From contig JALHRM010000001.1 in assembly GCA_022841445.1 (NCBI GenBank), forward strand, positions 387,777 to 451,776: 64,000 nt of DNA, written 5' to 3'. Shown here piece by piece: positions 1-8,396 of this stretch. Position numbers and translations under genes: made by a program. The notes below the pieces were generated by a model. It worked only from the letters and a program-made list of their open reading frames with translations, was not told where the DNA came from and made no database searches. This DNA comes from Candidatus Saccharimonadota bacterium (GTDB taxonomy: Bacteria; Patescibacteriota; Saccharimonadia; Saccharimonadales; UBA10212). Each line of letters begins with the position of its first letter. Position 1 is the first letter of the stretch.

Positions 1-710
1 TTACTGGCGTAAAGATTTTTTACATTAGAGTAACAGCCCTGTATAACCCTGTTAATTTGATGATACGCGGCGCTAACGGTGTTGCTCCTGTGGCTTTGCC
101 TGGTGCGCAGGCGCAAGTTGATGTTACCGGCAAGGCAAACGACGTGCTGCGCCGCTTACAAACCAGAGTAACGCTAACACCCAATCTCGCTATTCCAGAC
201 TATTCAATTCGTACTGCTGATTCGCTGTGTAAGCGAATTCGTATCCCAGTCCTTGCAAGTAACGCATATGATTCGGCACGAGTTGACGATGCTGATGGAG
301 CAGCGGCGGGTGATGGTGCAGCATGTTTGGGGGTTTCTGCAACCCCGCCTCCTGGACCCGTTAGCCCCAATGGAAACGTTGGAATTGGGGCTAATAACTG
401 CGGTCCGCTTACGTTTGCCTGCCCACCTTCCGGCACGACTCCTCGATTGGGTAATCCTTACGATTTAACACTCACTAACAACTCCAATAATCCACCCAGC
501 GTTGTTGCGGGATGCACATGGGCTTGGGGAGACGGCTCAACAAATAATTCGGATTGTTTCTATCTTGACAGAATTTCACATACCTATCCAAGAAATGTTG
601 GCAATAGGTGCTACACGATTACGTTGACAATGCGGTTTAATAATGGAGCACCGAATAAAACAGAAACAGTGCGCCGTTCGATACCCAGAAACTCCGGCAA
701 CTTCTGCTAG
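1..710 (+). CDS. 3' part of a larger ORF, probably secreted, ending in a PKD-like domain. The 5' end is outside the window or at TTG/ATG 57-60.
   Basis: The frame is open from nt 3 to the stop at 708-710. The C-terminal CTWAWGDGS...SHTYP...CYTITLT fits the PKD pattern WxFGDG..HxY..YxVxL. The middle is Gly/Asn/Pro-rich. Confidence 0.45.
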   Translation, partial: TGVKIFYIRVTALYNPVNLMIRGANGVAPVALPGAQAQVDVTGKANDVLRRLQTRVTLTPNLAIPDYSIRTADSLCKRIRIPVLASNAYDSARVDDADGAAAGDGAACLGVSATPPPGPVSPNGNVGIGANNCGPLTFACPPSGTTPRLGNPYDLTLTNNSNNPPSVVAGCTWAWGDGSTNNSDCFYLDRISHTYPRNVGNRCYTITLTMRFNNGAPNKTETVRRSIPRNSGNFC

Positions 711-720
711 GTAGCTTTTG

Positions 721-1641
721 TTATTGAATGGCTTTTTGAGCGTGAAATTTTTCGTGCACCGCTTTTAAGTGTGGATCAGTCACATGAGTGTAAATTTGCG
801 TCGTGGCAATATTACTATGACCAAGCATAGCCTGGACCGACCGTAAGTCGGCACCATTCATAAGTAGATCCGTTGCAAAACTGTGCCGCAGCGTGTGTGG
901 AGAAACATGTTTCGTAATACCAGCTCGTAGAGCATGCATTGCAATGATCCGCTGGACACTCCGTGCGGTGAGCCGCTTATAGTCGCCGCTGGTATCAGCT
1001 TTTTTGTTACCGGCAATACGTATGAACAGCGGATTAGCATTATCCTGCCGGCTTTTTAGGTAATCATTTAATATTTCGGCGGCGCGCTGACTTATAAAAA
1101 TCGGTCTATCTTTTTGACCTTTTCCGCGCACACTGAATTCTCGACGTGCAGTGTTTATGTGTCCACGGTCAAGCCCGACAAGCTCTGATACCCGCAGCCC
1201 GCTGCTAAATAACAGCTCGATGATTGCGCGGTCGCGTAGGCCGGCACTATCTTTTTCACTTGGCTGATTTGCTAAACGGGTAACCTCTTCTGGCGTTAAG
1301 AACGTCACCTGGCTGCGTTTAGTACGGGCAAGTTCGATTTTGTCAGCAGGCATGGCAGGGATGCCTCGTTTGGCACAGAATTTCAAAAAACTACGCAGGG
1401 CTATTAAGTGATAATTTTGAGTCGATTTACCAAGTTCATCGCTACTGTAGGTACCGAGACGGTTAAGCCACATCCGCCATTTTCGGATCAATTCTGGAGT
1501 AATATCAGAAACTTTTATGTCGCCGGCAAAATCGCTCAGGCGGTTCAGGTAGTGTCGGTAATTATCAATCGTTTTTAAGGAGCGGTTTTGCTCAAGCTCT
1601 TGATACTGCAAGAAATCATCCAAAGCTGATTGGTAGTCCAT
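721..1641 (-). CDS. tyrosine site-specific recombinase, XerC/XerD family
   Basis: It has a core-binding N-domain (LDDFLQYQELEQNRSLKTIDNYRHYLNRL). Catalytic motifs are RVSEL, HTLRHSFATDLL and GHSNIATTQIYTHV. The ATG at 1641 (MDYQS) is preferred to the ORF-track start at 1707. Confidence 0.85.
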   Translation of the reverse strand: MDYQSALDDFLQYQELEQNRSLKTIDNYRHYLNRLSDFAGDIKVSDITPELIRKWRMWLNRLGTYSSDELGKSTQNYHLIALRSFLKFCAKRGIPAMPADKIELARTKRSQVTFLTPEEVTRLANQPSEKDSAGLRDRAIIELLFSSGLRVSELVGLDRGHINTARREFSVRGKGQKDRPIFISQRAAEILNDYLKSRQDNANPLFIRIAGNKKADTSGDYKRLTARSVQRIIAMHALRAGITKHVSPHTLRHSFATDLLMNGADLRSVQAMLGHSNIATTQIYTHVTDPHLKAVHEKFHAQKAIQ

Positions 1642-1781
1642 ATGCTTATTGTAGCAAACTAATGATTTAACGGGGGTTATATAGTAACGAACAATATTTG
1701 TATGCAACTAGGCTATCACTGCTAAAATTTGCTATACTAACAACTGAAATAGCAAATCAAATAAAGGATGGCTTTTAGACT

Positions 1782-2291
1782 ATGGAACGCACACTTATTA
1801 TATTAAAACCTGATGCCGTGCAACGAGGAATTGTCGGTGAGATTTTGAGTCGAATCGAAAAGGTCGGCTTAAAGATTGTGGCATGTAAAATGCTACACCC
1901 TGACTACGACCATTACTACCGTCACTATGAGGACATTGGCAAGATGGTATCGCGTCGTGGCGAGAAAGCTTTCAATGTGACGCTTGCTATGATGCAGCGT
2001 GGTCCGGTGATCGCATTTGTGCTAGAGGGTATCGAAGCAGTAAGTTTGGTGCGAAAAATGGTTGGTACAACCGAGCCAAAGGAAGCTGCTCCCGGTACGA
2101 TTCGTGGTGACTACAGTCATATCAGTTTCGCGCATGCCGACACAGCCGAAATTGCTACACCTAATATTATCCATGCATCCGGTGATCCAGAAGAAGCAGA
2201 GGCCGAAATCAAGCATTGGTTTGGCGAAGGCGAAATTTTCGAATACGAAACCGTCCACGAGGGCTACACCCTCCCCAAGCCCAAAAACTAG
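1782..2291 (+). CDS. ndk: nucleoside diphosphate kinase
   Basis: The N-terminus MERTLIILKPDAVQRGIVGEILSRIEKVGLKIV, GTIRGDY and the active-site NIIHASGD are all present. A TATACT -10 lies at about 1734. Confidence 0.9.
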   Translation: MERTLIILKPDAVQRGIVGEILSRIEKVGLKIVACKMLHPDYDHYYRHYEDIGKMVSRRGEKAFNVTLAMMQRGPVIAFVLEGIEAVSLVRKMVGTTEPKEAAPGTIRGDYSHISFAHADTAEIATPNIIHASGDPEEAEAEIKHWFGEGEIFEYETVHEGYTLPKPKN

Positions 2292-2302
2292 GCCGCATCT
2301 AG

Positions 2303-3010
2303 TTAAGTAGTCGGCTGACTTGCTTTGGGTAACTGCACGCCCAACGCTTCAGCGGTAGCTCGTATCAACCCAAAGCCGTATGCTCGGATGTGTGGTTGAT
2401 AGGCCTCCATGGCAGCTTCTATTTGAGGTACATCTTGCTCGGCGATTCTTATATGCTTATATCCTCCACCATTAACTCTTGCAGCTAATATGCGCGCAAC
2501 CAATTTTGGGTCACTATAGTTAGGAACCGGCAGCGCGGCACGTTCCTTTATGTTTCGAAAAAAGTTTATTTTGCTAGATTGCGGTGTGTTTCTTACCGAT
2601 GCAGCAACTATTGGGTAAGGTACTTGGTGCATTGTCATTCTGTACAACCCATTAATGTCTGGCCAGAAACGCTGCACTTCGCCATCAATCATGAGGTCAG
2701 TGCCTGCGCCAGCAATTAGTATTGCGTAGTGTGAATCTGGCGGTATATGTTCTGGAGCAATTTGTGAGTATAAAATGTCCTTCAATTCTAATAATCCGTC
2801 AAGCCCATCAAACACAACATCTGTTAAATGATGAAAGCTAATTCCTGCAAGTAATCTGCGCGCGTGTCTGTCGCGCTTATTTTTTATGTCTGCTGGGGAG
2901 CACTTAGCCGGGGTAAGACCATTCATTCCTGCTAAATCAGGTAGTACTGCGCCAAATCGAAAAGATCTCCCATGCTCGTTCGCCATGAGCATATGGCCTA
3001 AATAGTTCAT
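2303..3010 (-). CDS. AcpH-like (DUF479) putative phosphodiesterase
   Basis: The MNYLGHMLMA start and GISFHHLTDVVFD resemble E. coli AcpH MNFLAHLHLA and GIHMHRRIDVLTD, recalled from memory. The rest is diverged. Confidence 0.4.
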   Translation of the reverse strand: MNYLGHMLMANEHGRSFRFGAVLPDLAGMNGLTPAKCSPADIKNKRDRHARRLLAGISFHHLTDVVFDGLDGLLELKDILYSQIAPEHIPPDSHYAILIAGAGTDLMIDGEVQRFWPDINGLYRMTMHQVPYPIVAASVRNTPQSSKINFFRNIKERAALPVPNYSDPKLVARILAARVNGGGYKHIRIAEQDVPQIEAAMEAYQPHIRAYGFGLIRATAEALGVQLPKASQPTT

Positions 3011-3110
3011 TTAGCTAAATATCCATTATGTATCTACTAGTAAAATATTACTCCCGACAGATGATTGCTTATGCCACCACTTAGAGGTTGACATTGATAC
3101 TCGCATTGGC

Positions 3111-3185
3111 TGGTGCCCCCGGACGGATTCGAACCGCCAGCTTCTCCTTAGGACGGAGTTGTTTTATCCATTGAACTACGGGGGC
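3111..3185 (-). tRNA. tRNA-Arg(CCT)
   Basis: The reverse complement GCCCCCGTAGTTCAATGG...CTCCGTCCTAAGGAG...GGTTCGAATCCGTCCGGGGGCACCA folds as a cloverleaf. The anticodon loop is GTCCTAA and CCA is encoded. Confidence 0.85.
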
Positions 3186-3325
3186 GCAATACAGCTGGTT
3201 AAAACTACCGATTTAATTTTATCGAGGTCTCCGCAAAATACCTATTTTGCGGAGTGGTTTGATAAGCTATGTAACGAAAAGTCACACATATAGAAGGGCA
3301 GCAAAATTAGTATATTTATAAGCAG

Positions 3326-3354
3326 TTTACTTCACTTCGCTTTGTGACTAGAAT
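3326..3354 (+). promoter_or_regulatory. sigma70-type promoter of the 3388 ORF
   Basis: TTTACT (3326-3331), a 17-nt spacer and TAGAAT (3349-3354). An AGGAG SD lies 8 nt before the ATG at 3388. Confidence 0.55.
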
Positions 3355-3387
3355 GAAAACAAATTAATTGATCAGGAGAAGAAATTT

Positions 3388-3753
3388 ATGGCCGAAGCAT
3401 TAGTCCCAGAAATTGAACGTAACATGGGAAGTTCTGTTATTCCTCCATCAGCAGAAGTAGTCAGCCATACTACTTTAAGCCAACTTGGTATCGGTGGAAC
3501 GGCAATGGGGAATATGCTAACTCAACCACTAACACCAGCAGAGGGTCTAGGCTTAAGTGTTGACGGCGATGATGCTGCAGAACCAGCCATTTTGGAAAGT
3601 GGGAGAACTGGTCGTAGAGGCCCTAGAGATTCAATGGGTGCATTAATAATTAGTGCTGACGACATCACTAGTGGTCCTAAGCAGGAACCTTTAACAACTT
3701 ACTATGTTGACAATAATGTCCCTAAAATGGTGAAACCTAGCGATCTTAACTAG
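3388..3753 (+). CDS. 121-aa protein, candidate graspetide (RiPP) precursor
   Basis: It has its own promoter and SD. It has no signal peptide or TM segment. The Thr/Asp/Lys-rich C-terminus is PLTTYYVDNNVPKMVKPSDLN. It lies 43 nt upstream of an ATP-grasp maturase-like gene. Confidence 0.5.
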   Translation: MAEALVPEIERNMGSSVIPPSAEVVSHTTLSQLGIGGTAMGNMLTQPLTPAEGLGLSVDGDDAAEPAILESGRTGRRGPRDSMGALIISADDITSGPKQEPLTTYYVDNNVPKMVKPSDLN

Positions 3754-3796
3754 TTAGTAAATTACTGCAACAAACAATCTTTAACGTATCTGGCGA

Positions 3797-4780
3797 ATGG
3801 CTCGTTCTACCAAAAGGCATATATTAATAGCGTCATCTGAATATGACAGGCGCACGGTTCTACCTGTGGTCGAAAAACTTAAAAAACAAGGCTGCCAAGT
3901 CACTTACTACAAAAGCGATCTTGTCACCATGCCCACCAAGAAACTCAACGTACAAGTTGGAGACTATACCGACTTAATCAGTTACGACGAAACTGACATA
4001 AACGGAATTAATGTAGACGCGGCCTGGTATCGACGGCCGTCTAATTTTGTATATGAGGGCTTAACAGAGATTCAGCAGGTGCAAGTGGCTGATAATGTCG
4101 ATCGTTTGCAAAGAGCCATATGGCAATCTATAGCCGAACACAAATGGATTAATGATCCTATGCGGATGAATTTTGCCGATGATAAATTCACCCAACTACG
4201 CCTTGCCAGTAAATTAGGATTCAAAGTACCAAAAACGGTCATTAGCAATGATGGTCAGGTGTTGCTAGAGGCTTTCCCAAAAGCTGATGCTGTCTTCAAG
4301 CTGCCAAGTGGTACGATCAGCATGAATGGTGAAGCAAGAGAAATTTACACTAATGTTTTGAGCCAGAAAAAACTTATTGATCTGGTTGAAACTGGCAAAA
4401 AACTACTGCCTGGCATATATCAGGAAAGAATCCCTAAGGCCAAAGAGTGGCGGATAACAGTTGTTGGTGAGCAGGTATTTCCGGCGGCTATTTATACTGA
4501 TGTCACCGCCAAAGATGATTGGCGTAAACTTCAAACTACCGATGCTGTGCGTTTCAAAAAAGAGCAATTTGATCAAGCTCTTACCGGCAAACTTGTCACT
4601 TTCTTGAAGAAATTAAATCTTCGATATGGTGCATTTGATCTGATTGAAGCACCAAACGGAGAAATATATTTTTTGGAAATTAATCCTAACGGCCAATACC
4701 AGTGGCTAGAAGACGAGCTAGGCATGCCTATATCGAGTGCGATTGCCGATGAATTGGCCCGCATTGCTAACGCCAATTGA
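3797..4780 (+). CDS. ATP-grasp enzyme resembling MvdC/MvdD (MdnB/MdnC)-type ribosomal-peptide maturases
   Basis: Motifs seen are KRHILIASSEYDRRTVLPVVEKL (pre-ATP-grasp), AAWYRRPSNF, KFTQLRLASKLGFKVPKTVISND and EINPNGQYQWLEDELGMPISSAIADEL. Confidence 0.7.
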   Translation: MARSTKRHILIASSEYDRRTVLPVVEKLKKQGCQVTYYKSDLVTMPTKKLNVQVGDYTDLISYDETDINGINVDAAWYRRPSNFVYEGLTEIQQVQVADNVDRLQRAIWQSIAEHKWINDPMRMNFADDKFTQLRLASKLGFKVPKTVISNDGQVLLEAFPKADAVFKLPSGTISMNGEAREIYTNVLSQKKLIDLVETGKKLLPGIYQERIPKAKEWRITVVGEQVFPAAIYTDVTAKDDWRKLQTTDAVRFKKEQFDQALTGKLVTFLKKLNLRYGAFDLIEAPNGEIYFLEINPNGQYQWLEDELGMPISSAIADELARIANAN

Positions 4781-4807
4781 TGGTATTGTTGGCTTAATCG
4801 AGTCTCT

Positions 4808-5395
4808 GTGCTACAAAGTGTTATTGCTTTTGCTATTTCACGAGGTTACGCTATAGCTATGTCCTCTCCGGAAACCCAAAAGTCAAAATACTTCAAAGAA
4901 CAGTTCGATGATGAAGAAGTGAAGTTGGTTTTTCGCAAGCATCCGGTCGTAATGCGTAAGGGAATCGTCTATGCTAGCCTCGGTTTGCTAGCCGGAACAA
5001 TCCCGGCAGTTTTTAATCCGACATTTACTATTTACTTTGGTGGCTTAGCGGTAGGACTGGTGCTATCAGCACTCATTATGTTGCCATTTTGGATACGTTG
5101 GTACTTTAGTGTTTATATACTAACCAACCAGCGATTTATCCAGCAAACTAAAAGCATGCTCCAGAGTAGCGTCGTCGATATTGGTCTCGACCAAATTCAG
5201 ATGATTAACTACCGAGTTTCTGGGTTTCAAGAAACACTGCTGGGATTTGGTACAATTGTCGTACAGACATTCGTTGGTGAGCTTACCATCCATGATGTGC
5301 ACCATCCGGCTAAGTTACAGAAAGAAATGGTGGGAATACTAAGAGATATCGGTGTGCATCCGGTACAAAGAATGTCGACCGAACAGAGCGAATAG
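4808..5395 (+). CDS. membrane protein with a bacterial PH (bPH_2, YdbS/YdbT-like) domain
   Basis: FRKHPVVMRKG is followed by two TM helices, then YILTNQRFIQ...GFGTIVVQT. The likely true start is the ATG at 4859 (MSSPETQ). Confidence 0.6.
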   Translation: MLQSVIAFAISRGYAIAMSSPETQKSKYFKEQFDDEEVKLVFRKHPVVMRKGIVYASLGLLAGTIPAVFNPTFTIYFGGLAVGLVLSALIMLPFWIRWYFSVYILTNQRFIQQTKSMLQSSVVDIGLDQIQMINYRVSGFQETLLGFGTIVVQTFVGELTIHDVHHPAKLQKEMVGILRDIGVHPVQRMSTEQSE

Positions 5396-5403
5396 CGATA
5401 ATT

Positions 5404-6468
5404 ATGAAAAAACTGAAACATTTAGCTAAACGAGGGAAAGAACTCAGCCCGCTTAAACCCAAAAACCAGGAAGTGGTGGCTGAAGAAAACTTACCCAGAA
5501 TCACTAATGAAACGGTAGCTAGTCACCGCGAAGAAGTTCTTCGTGGTGCCCGCAAGTTCATTTATCCGCTGCAGCATTCACGCCACCGAATTGTTCTGAT
5601 TACTTCGGCACTGGTTGTATCTGCGCTGGTGGGGCTGCTTATTTATAGTATCTTGGCACTGTATCGGTTTGGCCACGATAATACATTCCTCTACCGTGTC
5701 ACCCAGATTGTGCCGTTTCCTGTGGCTCGTTCTGGCGGGACTTTCGTTGAATACGAAAACTATCTTTTTGAACTGCGTCACTACAAACATTATTATGAAA
5801 ATCAGTTAGACAGTAATCTTGCCAGCGAGCAGTACAAGCAACAACTTGTGCAGTACCGCAAAGTTGCACTCGATCAAGTTATCAATCATGCTTTTGTCAA
5901 AGAACTCGCCAAGAAAAACAATGTGCAGGTCACTGATAAAGAAGTAAACGAGCGTATCGAACTACTCAGAAACCAAAACAGGCTTGGCAGTGGCGAAGAA
6001 GTTTTGGAAGATGTTCTGCGCGATTACTGGGGCTGGTCACTCAAGGACTTTGAGCGTGAACTGCGTGGTGAAATATTGGCAGAAAAGGTGGCATCCAAGC
6101 TCGACACAGCGACAGTTAAAAAGGCCAGCGATACTCTCGCCCAAATCAGGACTGGCAGTGACTTTACCGAACTCGCCAAAGCGGTATCCGATGATCCTGC
6201 CGCTAAAACCACCGGTGGGGAATATGGCTTTTTGATCGACCAGGGTAATCGGAATATTCCTCCACAAGTCGCGCGTGCACTATTTGCATTAAAACCAACA
6301 GAAGTTTCGGAAGTGATTAATACCGGTATCACACTCGAAATAGTGCGGCTGAACGAAAAGTCTGACGACAAAGTAAAGGCGTCGCATATTGTCTTTAATC
6401 TAAAAAATGCCGTCGAGTTTGTAAACGCCATGCCCGAGCGCCAAAAAGTAAAATCGTTTATCAAGTAG
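5404..6468 (+). CDS. membrane-anchored peptidyl-prolyl isomerase, PrsA/SurA-like parvulin
   Basis: It has an N-terminal TM segment (IVLITSALVVSALVGLLIYSILAL). A parvulin domain follows (FTELAKAVSDDPAAKTTGGEYGFL...ALKPTEVSEVINTGITLEIVRL). Confidence 0.7.
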   Translation: MKKLKHLAKRGKELSPLKPKNQEVVAEENLPRITNETVASHREEVLRGARKFIYPLQHSRHRIVLITSALVVSALVGLLIYSILALYRFGHDNTFLYRVTQIVPFPVARSGGTFVEYENYLFELRHYKHYYENQLDSNLASEQYKQQLVQYRKVALDQVINHAFVKELAKKNNVQVTDKEVNERIELLRNQNRLGSGEEVLEDVLRDYWGWSLKDFERELRGEILAEKVASKLDTATVKKASDTLAQIRTGSDFTELAKAVSDDPAAKTTGGEYGFLIDQGNRNIPPQVARALFALKPTEVSEVINTGITLEIVRLNEKSDDKVKASHIVFNLKNAVEFVNAMPERQKVKSFIK

Positions 6469-6549
6469 CGTAGTTACTTGCCATTACAGGGGTAAGCTGG
6501 TAGTATTGTCACTGTCTTAAATAACTTATTCTAAGACGTTATATAGTAA

Positions 6550-6625
6550 GGGCTCGTAGTGAAGTGGTTATCACGCCTCCCTGTCACGGAGGAGATCGCC
6601 GGTTCAAATCCGGTCGAGCCCGCCA
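6550..6625 (+). tRNA. tRNA-Asp(GTC)
   Basis: GGGCTCGTAGTGAAGTGGTTATCACGCCTCCCTGTCACGGAGGAGATCGCCGGTTCAAATCCGGTCGAGCCCGCCA. The anticodon loop is CTGTCAC. Confidence 0.9.
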
Positions 6626-6785
6626 AACAATAAGCCCCATCTTATGTGGGACTTTTTGTTTGGCAGACCTGTCTGCGATTAGAATCGGCGAAGAGTGAGC
6701 AAAGCGAACGGACCGGTTCGTGGAACGAAAGCACGCACAGGAATTTATTCCGAGCATGCTTGAGTGGAAGAGGCTTTAGACGATA

Positions 6786-6802
6786 ATCCGGTCGAGCCCG
6801 CA
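6786..6802 (+). repeat. 17-nt direct copy of the tRNA-Asp 3' end (att-like scar)
   Basis: AATCCGGTCGAGCCCGC at 6786-6802 is identical to 6607-6623, the T-arm 3' half plus acceptor 3' strand of tRNA-Asp. Confidence 0.7.
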
Positions 6803-6833
6803 GAAATAAAGTATCCACCAAAAGGTGGTTGTT

Positions 6834-7373
6834 TTATTTCGGGGTGAACCTTAAGGCTTTTGGCGCCAATGTCATTAGAGCCAGGCTACCATCGCAAATC
6901 AATAGGTATATGGGCAGTGATGCAGCGAAAACTGACCATACAGAAATCGATAACAAACTACATATTGCGGCCAATGCGCACAGCACCCAATGAGCGGTAT
7001 TTTCAGTATGGGGGTAGAGGTATGTTTTCTTCAAAGTCGGGATATACCCACAAAATCCCGCGAATATATTAAAATATAGAGCCACTTCTGGGTTGCTAGT
7101 TACAATCCAGCCAACAACGCCTACTGCAGATGCTAAAAGACAAAAAATGTCTAACTTGCTCGCGCCTCCGACGCCCCTTTTTAGTGACATCAAGAAAATG
7201 ACCAAAGTCCCGATTGTATATGCGATTATTATTCCCGAGGCTTCTTTTCCGCCAGAGGCAATGTAACTCACAGACGCAATCACCCCTATTACCGTCCAAA
7301 TTCCAAATGTAGATCTATGGGGTTTAGTTTTTCCTTTTAATATTCCTTTGATATAGGGGTAGTAGGATAGCAA
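6834..7373 (-). CDS. polytopic membrane protein. The N-terminus is apparently separated by a frameshift in a T7 run.
   Basis: It has 5-6 hydrophobic helices. The long ORF starts only at a TTG (7373). A leaderless-type ATG at 7420 (MDEVRVF) is one frame off across 7398-7404. Confidence 0.55.
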   Translation of the reverse strand: MLSYYPYIKGILKGKTKPHRSTFGIWTVIGVIASVSYIASGGKEASGIIIAYTIGTLVIFLMSLKRGVGGASKLDIFCLLASAVGVVGWIVTSNPEVALYFNIFAGFCGYIPTLKKTYLYPHTENTAHWVLCALAAICSLLSISVWSVFAASLPIYLLICDGSLALMTLAPKALRFTPK

Positions 7374-7420
7374 AGCTAATAGCGTAGCTAGCAGTGCAAA
7401 AAAACTCTAACTTCATCCAT

Positions 7421-7433
7421 AATGTTAATTATA
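7421..7433 (-). promoter_or_regulatory. -10 box placed for a leaderless start at ATG 7420
   Basis: The minus strand reads TATAAT (7433-7428), then 7 nt (taacatt), then ATG (7420-7418). Confidence 0.5.
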
Positions 7434-7489
7434 ACTACTTGAACTTGATTATAATAATAGTCCCAGATATCTTCTGCTAAAAGCTTTTT

Positions 7490-7517
7490 TTGGCAGAGAC
7501 TAAGTATGCAATATAAT
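7490..7517 (+). promoter_or_regulatory. promoter giving a leaderless mRNA for the 7525 ORF
   Basis: TTGGCA (7490-7495), a 16-nt spacer, TATAAT (7512-7517), then 7 nt and ATG 7525. There is no SD. Confidence 0.55.
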
Positions 7518-7524
7518 AAACTAT

Positions 7525-7737
7525 ATGGATTCGACACCTCCAAGAGAAGAACCAGCTATAGCCTCAAGATTTGGTAGTCGTAGGGATGCTGCGCTTGCTG
7601 GGGTGTGCATAGGGATTCCTTTTGCGGCAGAAGTATTGCCTATACCGACCGAAGCTCGCCACACCTTGTTAGCCGTAGCTATAGGTGCTGGTGCAGTATT
7701 GATAAAACGTCTTTTTACCAGCCAAGAAGTTACATAA
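7525..7737 (+). CDS. small hypothetical membrane protein (70 aa)
   Basis: It has a leaderless-type promoter and two hydrophobic stretches (AALAGVCIGIPFAA, LLAVAIGAGAVLI). Confidence 0.45.
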   Translation: MDSTPPREEPAIASRFGSRRDAALAGVCIGIPFAAEVLPIPTEARHTLLAVAIGAGAVLIKRLFTSQEVT

Positions 7738-7847
7738 ATCTTTATATGAATGATCAGGTATTAGAACTATCCATGCGCGACTAGACACGGACTCCGTCCT
7801 GCGACTCTCTTTACAATAAGCCATAAATGTAATATAAAAATAACATT

Positions 7848-8384
7848 ATGTCAGTTCATAGTTTGCAAAAGCCCCCCGGCGGTATAGATATTCCAGAAGC
7901 CGAATTACCGATATTGGAGCTCGCGACGGATTTGATTAAGGTTCGGGATCGTTATCAGCTCGGGGCTGCTGCATTGGGAGTGGCGGGTGCATTAGGAATG
8001 GTGAGTAATCCAACGCTAAATCAGCCTCCCGAACTCGCAATATTCACACCAGATGGAGAATTGATCACAGCGTATGGTACTTTTCAGTGGCGCTGGTGCT
8101 TACAACTTAACATGGTATCCGGTAGGCCGGGAGTGAGATGGACGGATGTAATACAGCGTATTATTGATGGTCCGAGAGATGATGAAAGAGCAGAGCAATT
8201 AGCCGACATGCTCGCTGCTGGAGTTGACGGTACTTATGAAATTGAGTCGGGTAAACCACTGTCTGTACAAAAGCGAAAATTCCTATATTGCGGACTAGTC
8301 GCCCTTGCAGTTGCTCAGCGCGGTCATGGAAACGAACCAATCTGGCCGGAGGCGTTTGCGGGTCAAGCGGTAGGTGGACGATAA
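7848..8384 (+). CDS. hypothetical protein (178 aa)
   Basis: A long ORF with no competing frame. No motif was recognised. Confidence 0.5.
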   Translation: MSVHSLQKPPGGIDIPEAELPILELATDLIKVRDRYQLGAAALGVAGALGMVSNPTLNQPPELAIFTPDGELITAYGTFQWRWCLQLNMVSGRPGVRWTDVIQRIIDGPRDDERAEQLADMLAAGVDGTYEIESGKPLSVQKRKFLYCGLVALAVAQRGHGNEPIWPEAFAGQAVGGR

Positions 8385-8396
8385 ACCACAGGTGTT

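Noticed and set aside
7397-7404. Programmed -1 frameshift on U_UUU_UUG (membrane protein), and frameshifting at 12730-12740 (Nudix)
   Set aside because: No stimulatory structure or known slippery-site precedent could be verified. A homopolymer or G-run indel or a sequencing error is the simpler explanation. The disruptions are reported only as observations.
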